Of a stretch of 32,885 nt of DNA, positions 1 through 6,693 are shown piece after piece. A program made the translations under genes and the position numbers. The notes beneath the pieces were generated by a model that saw only the letters and a list, made by a program, of their open reading frames with translations, did not search any database and was not told the DNA's origin. Positions within the stretch are counted from its first letter, which is position 1; every line of letters begins with the position of its first letter. Origin of the DNA: Eubacteriales bacterium (GTDB taxonomy: Bacteria; Bacillota; Clostridia; Oscillospirales; CAG-272); assembly GCA_045578685.1 (NCBI GenBank), contig JAZNKU010000244.1, positions 1-32,885 of the forward strand, read 5' to 3'.

Positions 1-1
1 A

Positions 2-271
2 TATATTTCCGAGCATCTGGACAGAAGTGCAAATATGATAGCGTTTATTTCAAAAGCATACGTAAAATCCCAGAATTGCCGCGACGAGCTGGCTCTTGCC
101 CGTACCAAGGGGAAGCCGATGAATGTTATTTATATAGACGACGTGTTGCTGTCCCCGGGCCTAAAAATGCGCTACGGAAGGATTCAGGCACTGTTTATGC
201 AGCAAATGTCCGAATCCGAGCTTTTTGAAAGATTGTATCTCGTTGAAGCTATGACGGCTTCCAAGGAGTAG
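2..271 (+). CDS. TIR-domain protein, C-terminal fragment (5' end lies outside the window)
   Basis: The frame is open from nt 2 to the TAG at 269-271, so ATG 35 is probably internal. ..ISEHLDRSANMIAFISKAYVKSQNCRDELALA.. aligns position-for-position with ..IAEHIERCDLFIAFLSGSYLDFLDKVDELNYS.. of the TIR domain in the next gene. It carries a classic S-x-x-C-x-x-E-L TIR motif. Confidence 0.75.
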   Translation, partial: YISEHLDRSANMIAFISKAYVKSQNCRDELALARTKGKPMNVIYIDDVLLSPGLKMRYGRIQALFMQQMSESELFERLYLVEAMTASKE

Positions 272-279
272 GAGACATT

Positions 280-3216
280 ATGGAAAATTCAGTTTACAAG
301 CCTGATATTTATGAAGGCGGCGATCCGTATATTTTTGTCAGCTTTCATCAGAATGACAGAGAAAGAATTTTAAATATTCTTGAAAAACTTGATATGAGAG
401 GATTCCGCTTCTGGATCGATGACGGAATTTCTCCCGGTATGGAGACCGACGAGATCATAGCCGAGCATATCGAGAGATGTGATTTATTTATTGCGTTTTT
501 GTCCGGAAGTTATCTCGACTTTTTGGATAAGGTCGACGAGCTGAACTATTCAAGGGACACCAACAGGGAATATCTGCTGATATATCTGGAGGACGTGGTT
601 CTGCCTGCAGGTCTTGATATGAGATTTATGCGTTCCCAAAGCATCAGGGCATTTTCAATGAGCGATGAGGACGTATATTCTCAGCTTCTCAATATTGACG
701 GTGCAAAAAGATTTTACGGAATTACGGACACGAGTCTGCGTTCATCTGCGGAAAAGATTTTTGATGATCTCGAAAAGCTCTATCCCGAGCATAAGGTCTT
801 TGCTTTGGATGCTGTTGCCAAGCAGGTATCAAAGGGAATTTCGGAGCTGTACGTGCGTGCAGGTTATCCCAGCGCCGACAGACTTATGCTGGACTATGGC
901 TTTGCGCATATAAGTACCGATGATGCACGGGCTCTTCGCAGCAGTGTTCTCTATCAGCCCGGATTTGAGCCCGATATCATCAAGCCGAGAATAGATTATA
1001 TTGTGAATACACTTGCCAAGGATTATCCGGATAAACATATATCCGATAATCTGGCAAAAAGCCACAAATCTATCTATAAGTCGGTTCTGGGTATCAGCGT
1101 ATGGCTGGGATATGATTCCGCGGAGGAAATGTTAAGAGCCTACGGATTTACAGGTATATCCTCGGATGCCGGCCGAAGAGAGACCGACTGTAAGGCGGTT
1201 ATAGAACAGTTGAAGCTTCGTTATGAGGGTAAAGCTAAGCCTGCTTCCATAACGGGTATTATTGCGGAAAATCCGGACATTAAGGGTAATCTGAAAACAG
1301 CAATCAACCGTTCTTCCGAAATATACGGCATGACCTTACATCGGTATCTGACAAGTATAGGTCTTATCGTACGCCCCGAAAAAGAAAAGTGCACAAAGCT
1401 GGCGCTTGACAGAGTGAAGATAATCGAAGATATAAAGGAGCTTTACAGAACTCCCGGTCTTGATTACGGAAGTTTTGAGGATGCTGAGGGAACTCTTGAT
1501 CAGATTATCGTCAAGAAAAACAGAAAGAATGAGATTACTGTTACCGGATGCAGCTTTTGTGATGAAACGATGCGTATTCCCTACGGTATAGACTATATAG
1601 GAAATGAGTCATTTTATGCACAGGGTGATCTTAAAACACTTATTATTCCTCCCTCGGTAAAGGAGATAAAAGAATCTGCTTTTTCCGATTGTGATGGGTT
1701 GGAAACGGTGATCTTCTCCGAAGGATTGGAGCGCATTGGCAATCTTGCTTTTTCAGGCTGTACATCCTTGAAGAAGCTGGTGCTTCCACATTCTCTCAGG
1801 GATATCGGTAACGAAGCTTTTGCCGGATGTGAAGAGCTTTCGGAGGTTGAATTCAAAAACTTCAGAGTCAATATTCAGGAGGATGCATTCAACGATTGCC
1901 TGTATGAGCTTGAATATCTACAGGACGAGGGTGCATCTCCTGCCGATTACTTTGAACTTAACGTGGATAAGAAAAACAATGCCAAGATCACTGCATATAC
2001 CGGCGACGAGGAGGTTGTGGTTATCCCTGCTATGATAGCGGGACACCCTGTTATCTCTTTGGAAAAGGGTTGCTTTAAGGGTAACGAATACGTCAGAGAG
2101 ATATATATAAGCGATTATATTTCTGCGGTAAACGGTGACGTGTTCAAGGATTGCAAAAATCTGGAAAAGGTTCATCTTTCCGAATCGGTTAAATCTCTTA
2201 CGGGAACAGCCTTTGCGGGATGTACCAATCTTACTGAGATAAACATACCCGACAGCATGGAGGAGGTTCAGCGCGGTCTGTTCAAGGATTCGCCGCTGAC
2301 TACCTTATATGTTGGAAAGGGAACCAAAAAAATAAGTTCCGATGCCTTCTACAAGGGGGAGGCGGATTTTGCAACCGGAATGTATTTCAAAAAGAAATCT
2401 ATCGAAAATATTATAATCGATTCCTCCAACCCTTACCTCACCGTTAACGGTACGGCACTTCTTTCCGCTGACCAAAAAACTCTTATTGCCGAGCTTGGCG
2501 ATCCTGTTAAAGCGGTAATACCCGAGGGAGTAGAGGAAATATCGCCTCAGGCATACGACAGACTGGGATCTCTGTGTGAAATAGAATTCCCTTCAACTCT
2601 CAAGAAGATCGGAGAAAAGGCCTTTGCAGGTACCAATCTTAAAAGTGTTGAGCTGCCGCGCTCTCTTGAGGTTATAGAAGCACAGGCGTTCAGCTTCTGC
2701 CGGGTGCTATCCAATCTTGATGTAAATGAAGGACTCAGGATCATCGGTGCTCAAGCCTTTGCAGGATGTCCCATCGAGGACGTATATATTCCGGCATCGG
2801 TTGAGAGCATAGGTAACGACAGCTTCCTCGCTGTCTCTACCTATCAGGGCCAAATCAGTCAAAAATTCAGAGTGGATACGGCAAACCTTTATATTATAGC
2901 CGACGGAGTTGCGCTTTATGAAAGATCCGGAGACACGCTCAAGCTGATCAAGGCTTATCATCCCGATCTCAGATTTATGCCCAACACCCAAGCCCCCGAG
3001 CCTATAGAGTACAGCATAATTGAAGGTACTACCGAGATTTCGGCACAGGCATTCTCACGTTGCAACAACCTCAGCGGTTTGGTTATCCCGGAAAGCGTTC
3101 GTATTATAGGTGATATGGCATTCTGGGATTGCAGCAAATTATCGGAAATACATATTCCCGAGGGTTGTGTGGTCTCCGCCAAGGCCTTCTTCGGGATTTC
3201 ACCCCAAATGATATAA
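280..3216 (+). CDS. TIR domain - helical repeat linker - BspA-type leucine-rich repeat protein (978 aa), predicted cytoplasmic
   Basis: N-terminal TIR motifs: GDPYIFVSF, RGFRFWIDDGISPG, CDLFIAFLS, VDEL. Residues ~150-440 hold three ~60-80-aa repeats ending in GY.s...mL..YGF..IS. Residues ~440-978 are reiterated BspA/LRR_5-like units (IP.sV..IG..AF.gC..L..v). I saw no signal peptide, TM helix or P-loop. GGAGA lies upstream of ATG 280, and the gap to the upstream stop is 8 nt. Confidence 0.85.
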   Translation: MENSVYKPDIYEGGDPYIFVSFHQNDRERILNILEKLDMRGFRFWIDDGISPGMETDEIIAEHIERCDLFIAFLSGSYLDFLDKVDELNYSRDTNREYLLIYLEDVVLPAGLDMRFMRSQSIRAFSMSDEDVYSQLLNIDGAKRFYGITDTSLRSSAEKIFDDLEKLYPEHKVFALDAVAKQVSKGISELYVRAGYPSADRLMLDYGFAHISTDDARALRSSVLYQPGFEPDIIKPRIDYIVNTLAKDYPDKHISDNLAKSHKSIYKSVLGISVWLGYDSAEEMLRAYGFTGISSDAGRRETDCKAVIEQLKLRYEGKAKPASITGIIAENPDIKGNLKTAINRSSEIYGMTLHRYLTSIGLIVRPEKEKCTKLALDRVKIIEDIKELYRTPGLDYGSFEDAEGTLDQIIVKKNRKNEITVTGCSFCDETMRIPYGIDYIGNESFYAQGDLKTLIIPPSVKEIKESAFSDCDGLETVIFSEGLERIGNLAFSGCTSLKKLVLPHSLRDIGNEAFAGCEELSEVEFKNFRVNIQEDAFNDCLYELEYLQDEGASPADYFELNVDKKNNAKITAYTGDEEVVVIPAMIAGHPVISLEKGCFKGNEYVREIYISDYISAVNGDVFKDCKNLEKVHLSESVKSLTGTAFAGCTNLTEINIPDSMEEVQRGLFKDSPLTTLYVGKGTKKISSDAFYKGEADFATGMYFKKKSIENIIIDSSNPYLTVNGTALLSADQKTLIAELGDPVKAVIPEGVEEISPQAYDRLGSLCEIEFPSTLKKIGEKAFAGTNLKSVELPRSLEVIEAQAFSFCRVLSNLDVNEGLRIIGAQAFAGCPIEDVYIPASVESIGNDSFLAVSTYQGQISQKFRVDTANLYIIADGVALYERSGDTLKLIKAYHPDLRFMPNTQAPEPIEYSIIEGTTEISAQAFSRCNNLSGLVIPESVRIIGDMAFWDCSKLSEIHIPEGCVVSAKAFFGISPQMI

Positions 3217-3229
3217 AAGGAGAAATAAA

Positions 3230-3448
3230 ATGGAAAGACAACCTATCAGTTCATCAAATATTGTAAGTGCCGGTTATGACCCTGCTACACAGACCCTGGA
3301 GGTCGAGTTCAAGGGCGGTGTGGTGTGGCAGTATATGAATTTCCCTGAGTATATGTGGTTTGAATTTTTAGGCGCGCCCTCACAGGGAAAGTATTTTCAT
3401 GAGAACATCCGCAACAGATTTGGAGATTTAGGCTTCAGGGTACAGTAA
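3230..3448 (+). CDS. KTSC-domain small protein (72 aa)
   Basis: SSNIVSAGYDPATQTLEVEFKGGVVWQYMNFPEYMWFEFLGAPSQGKYFHENIRNRF matches the KTSC (PF13619-type) pattern. AAAGGAGA RBS lies 6 nt upstream. The gene starts 13 nt after the previous stop. Confidence 0.8.
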   Translation: MERQPISSSNIVSAGYDPATQTLEVEFKGGVVWQYMNFPEYMWFEFLGAPSQGKYFHENIRNRFGDLGFRVQ

Positions 3449-3449
3449 G

Positions 3450-5240
3450 ATGATCTGGAATATTTGCTTTATAATTTCCCCGTTAATCATTCTCGTTTCG
3501 GTCTTATATGCTTTGGCTGTGGCAAGAAATTATAAAAGCGACCGTGTTCTTACGCCCTTTTATATAATTTTTGCAGGAGTTTTTCTGTCGGTGTTTATAG
3601 GGTTGATACCGATGTTTTCCTCTATGCTTGCCGAAGAATCGGGATTTATACTTAAGCTTTGTGTTTTTGACATATTGCAGACGATACAGGTTTTTACCGT
3701 CAACGTGGGTGCGGATCTGATACTTGATAATATCAGCAATGCTTCGTCCTCTCTGAGCGGTGCATATTCGATGTATATGTCGGCACTGTTCTTTGTTGCA
3801 CCGGTTCTTACCTTTGGATTTTTGGTATCACTGTTCAAAAATCTTATCGAGGATCTGAATTACAGATTTCATTATTTCGGAGATGTATACGTATTTTCCG
3901 AGATGAACGAAAAGTCCTTGCTTCTTGCCGAAAGCATCAGAACAAAACATAAAAAAGCTCTGTTGGTCTTTACTGATGTGGACCGGGAGAACGGCGATGT
4001 ATTAAGTGAGCATGTTGAAACTGCTATGAGCTTGAAGGCGGTTATTCTGAAAAAGAATATTGTTGCGGCGGATCTTATAAGACATAGCAAAAAAGCGCAG
4101 ATGTTCCTTTTTGCGATCGGAGAAAAAGAAGACCGTAACCTGATAGATTCACTCAAGCTTCTGGAAAAGTACTCGCACAGAAAGAACACAAGCCTTTATA
4201 CGTTTTCCTCCGGCACGGAGGGCGAGCTTTTGCTGGCAAATGCCGAGAGAGGTGAGATAAAGCTCAGACGTGTAAATGAGGTGCGTTTCCTTATATACCG
4301 ATTTCTTTATGATGAGGGCGAACGTATTTTTTCCTCCGCTGTATCAACGGAATCCGATAAAAAGAAGATACATATCGTAATCGCGGGATTGGGAAAATAC
4401 GGCACGGAAATTCTTAAAGCCGTCACCTGGTTTTCGCAGATGGACGGTTATTGCGTGACCGTTGATGCTTTTGACAGCGATGAGCTTGCCGAAGAAAAGT
4501 TTTCAGCCCTTTGCTCCGAGCTTATGGATAATAGATATAACGGAGTTTTTATTCCCGGAGAAAGCGAGTATACGGTAAATATTCATTCCGGTGTGGATGT
4601 CAGAACAAAAAAATTTGCCGATACTCTGACAAGCTTTACCGAGGTAAGCTTTGTGTTTGTGTGTCTGGGAGATGATGAAAATAATATAAACCAGGCTGCC
4701 AATATCAGAATGCTCTGTGAACGCGCGGGACACAAGCCGATTATAAAAGCGGTAGTGTACAATACCGAGGAAAAGGAAGCATTGATCGGTATTACCAACT
4801 ATCGAGGTCAGCCATACGGGATTGAGCCTATGGGAGAGCTGTCCTATTCGTATTCCGAAGAAATACTTATGGGAAGCGAGCTTGAGAAGCTTGCACTTGA
4901 GCGTCATCTGAAATGGGGCAAGGAGGAGGAATTCTGGCAGTATGAGTATAATTACCGTTCCTCTATGGCTTCAGCCGTTCATATGAAAGCAAAGATAAAT
5001 TGTTGTATTCCGGGATCGGATAAAAGAGGAGAGGATCTTACCGTTGAGGAAAGAGACATTCTTGAAAATCTGGAGCACCGAAGATGGAATGCATATATGC
5101 GCTCGGAAGGTTATGTATACAGCGGATCTCCGGATAAATCCAGCAGAAACGATCTTGCCAAAATGCATCATGATCTTGTGGATTTTGAATCCTTGACAGA
5201 AGAGGAAAAAAGAAAGGACAGCAACGTTGCTTCCTTGTGA
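3450..5240 (+). CDS. Multi-pass membrane protein with cytoplasmic Rossmann-like (TrkA-N/RCK-type GxGxxG) module and C-terminal RyR-like domain (596 aa)
   Basis: About 4 hydrophobic helices lie in residues 1-135. IHIVIAGLGKYGTEILKAV...VTVDAFD is a beta1-GxGxxG-alpha-beta2-acidic Rossmann signature. The C-terminal LEHRRWNAYMRSEGYVYSGSPDKSSRNDLAKMHHDLVDFESLTEEEKRKD fits the bacterial RyR-domain pattern (E..H..W....GW.YG....K.H..LvpyeeL.eeeK..D). The ATG lies 1 nt after the KTSC stop, suggesting translational coupling. No K+ selectivity filter motif was seen. Confidence 0.7.
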   Translation: MIWNICFIISPLIILVSVLYALAVARNYKSDRVLTPFYIIFAGVFLSVFIGLIPMFSSMLAEESGFILKLCVFDILQTIQVFTVNVGADLILDNISNASSSLSGAYSMYMSALFFVAPVLTFGFLVSLFKNLIEDLNYRFHYFGDVYVFSEMNEKSLLLAESIRTKHKKALLVFTDVDRENGDVLSEHVETAMSLKAVILKKNIVAADLIRHSKKAQMFLFAIGEKEDRNLIDSLKLLEKYSHRKNTSLYTFSSGTEGELLLANAERGEIKLRRVNEVRFLIYRFLYDEGERIFSSAVSTESDKKKIHIVIAGLGKYGTEILKAVTWFSQMDGYCVTVDAFDSDELAEEKFSALCSELMDNRYNGVFIPGESEYTVNIHSGVDVRTKKFADTLTSFTEVSFVFVCLGDDENNINQAANIRMLCERAGHKPIIKAVVYNTEEKEALIGITNYRGQPYGIEPMGELSYSYSEEILMGSELEKLALERHLKWGKEEEFWQYEYNYRSSMASAVHMKAKINCCIPGSDKRGEDLTVEERDILENLEHRRWNAYMRSEGYVYSGSPDKSSRNDLAKMHHDLVDFESLTEEEKRKDSNVASL

Positions 5241-5257
5241 TTTGATATTGATAAAGA

Positions 5258-5302
5258 AAGCGGAGTGATTTTCACTCCGCTTTGTGATTTTCACTCCGCT
5301 TT
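5258..5302. terminator. Bidirectional intrinsic terminator between convergent genes, with a 19-bp tandem duplication of its 3' arm
   Basis: Stem AAGCGGAGTGA (5258-5268) pairs with TCACTCCGCTT (5272-5282), followed by TTT. GTGATTTTCACTCCGCTTT occurs at 5265-5283 and again perfectly at 5284-5302. Confidence 0.75.
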
Positions 5303-6646
5303 GACGTTTTTAAGCCATTTTCCGTAGTTGACCTTCCAGAAGGCTATGAAGCATTTTAATATCTGATCTCCCTTGAGGCAGATGAAGGTGACCACCAGGG
5401 GCCACTTGAATACATACGCCGAAAGGAAGGACATGGGGAGCACCAGACACCACATGAATATGGTATCCACCTTGAAAACAAAGGCGGTGTCGCCGCCGGA
5501 GCGAACTATGCCCGTATGTACTGCGTTCTGGTATGCGGTACCGATCACCGTTATCGACAGTACCAGCATAAACTGGTTGGATAGCTCGGTTGCGGCAGCC
5601 GATACGTTGTACATCGCATTTATGGGACCGCGGAGAAGGAAGATAAGTGCGCCTGTCACTAAACCGATACCGAGGAAAAGAATCTGAAAGGTTTTTGAAT
5701 AGAGAGGTATACGGGAAAGCTTACGCTCACCTATGGTCTTACCTATCATAACCGCTGTTGCTGTAGCCGAGGCGTAGGTCACAACGGTTATGACCGAGAA
5801 TACCGTGGAGGCTATTGAGTTTGCGGCGATGGCTTCCTTTGTGGTATGACCGAGAATTGCGGTCTGGAGCATCTGGGCAAAGCCCCACAGTACACCCGAG
5901 AAAAATACGGGAGCACCGGTCTTGAAATAGGTTTTAAACAGAGCCTTGTCAAAGGGGATAAGCTCCTTTGCCTTGAGCTTGATCTTTTTATCAATGCCGA
6001 ATACATATACACATACCACGGTAAACTCAAGGGCTCTTGCAATAAGCGTTGCATACGCCGCACCCTTGACACCCATAGCGGGACAGCCTAATTTACCGTA
6101 GATCATTATATAGTTCAGTCCGAGGTTAGTAAGCAACGCAAAGGTTGAGCTTGCAAAGCCGATAAGTACGGTTTCAACACTGCGGAGCATTGAGAGCATT
6201 GCCTGTGTGAAGGCGAATATAGGGTAGGTGAATACCATTATCTTAAGGTATAGCATACCCTGTCCTATAACATCTGCATCGTTTGAGAGCAGGGACAGAA
6301 CTCCGCGGGGCATGGCAAAGCATATGGCAAAGAGTACCATTGATACACCGACCGCCACCTTTGAGGATATAGCTGCCATATTCTTGACACCGTCTATACG
6401 GCCTTCTCCCCAGGCTCTGGCGCTGAATATCAGCGAGCCCTCTACGATGCCGGTTACCGACATCTGGAGAAGATACTGTATCTGGTTGACCAGTGCAACA
6501 CCCGACAGGGCATCCTCGCTGTACCGTCCCACCATAACGCTGTCTGTTATGTTTACCAGATAAACTATAACATTCTGCAAGGCTATGGCAAGGGTCAGAG
6601 AGATAAAAGTTATATAGAATTTCTTCTGTTTAACCAATAGTGACAT
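5291..6646 (-). CDS. MATE family efflux transporter
   Basis: About 450 aa with 12 TM-like segments and typical MATE motifs (VGRYSEDALSGVALVNQI, GAAYATLIAR). I prefer ATG at 6646 over the TTG at 6658 given in the ORF track. Confidence 0.85.
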   Translation of the reverse strand: MSLLVKQKKFYITFISLTLAIALQNVIVYLVNITDSVMVGRYSEDALSGVALVNQIQYLLQMSVTGIVEGSLIFSARAWGEGRIDGVKNMAAISSKVAVGVSMVLFAICFAMPRGVLSLLSNDADVIGQGMLYLKIMVFTYPIFAFTQAMLSMLRSVETVLIGFASSTFALLTNLGLNYIMIYGKLGCPAMGVKGAAYATLIARALEFTVVCVYVFGIDKKIKLKAKELIPFDKALFKTYFKTGAPVFFSGVLWGFAQMLQTAILGHTTKEAIAANSIASTVFSVITVVTYASATATAVMIGKTIGERKLSRIPLYSKTFQILFLGIGLVTGALIFLLRGPINAMYNVSAAATELSNQFMLVLSITVIGTAYQNAVHTGIVRSGGDTAFVFKVDTIFMWCLVLPMSFLSAYVFKWPLVVTFICLKGDQILKCFIAFWKVNYGKWLKNVKAE

Positions 6647-6660
6647 AATAAACCCCAAAT

Positions 6661-6686
6661 AAACTCCGCCACTGTGGGCGGAGTTT
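6661..6686 (-). terminator. Intrinsic terminator after the hydratase gene
   Basis: AAACTCCGCC (6661-6670) pairs with GGCGGAGTTT (6677-6686). On the minus strand the stem is followed by TTTATTT. Confidence 0.65.
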
Positions 6687-6693
6687 TGTCAGA

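Noticed and set aside
35-271. ATG 35 as the true start of a complete 78-aa gene
   Set aside because: The frame stays open to the window edge, and the upstream residues (ISEHLDRSAN) continue the TIR alignment with the paralogue. I treat it as a 5'-truncated CDS.
280-3216. The TIR-LRR protein as a STAND/NLR-type (Avs-like) NTPase
   Set aside because: I scanned the linker (residues ~140-440) for Walker A (GxxxxGK[ST]) and Walker B motifs and found none. The linker instead consists of three short helical repeats.
3450-5240. The 596-aa membrane/Rossmann protein as a TrkA/Ktr-type K+ channel or CASTOR/POLLUX-like channel
   Set aside because: No pore-loop or selectivity-filter motif (T-x-G-Y/F-G) is present in the TM region. 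The TM block is only about 4 helices.
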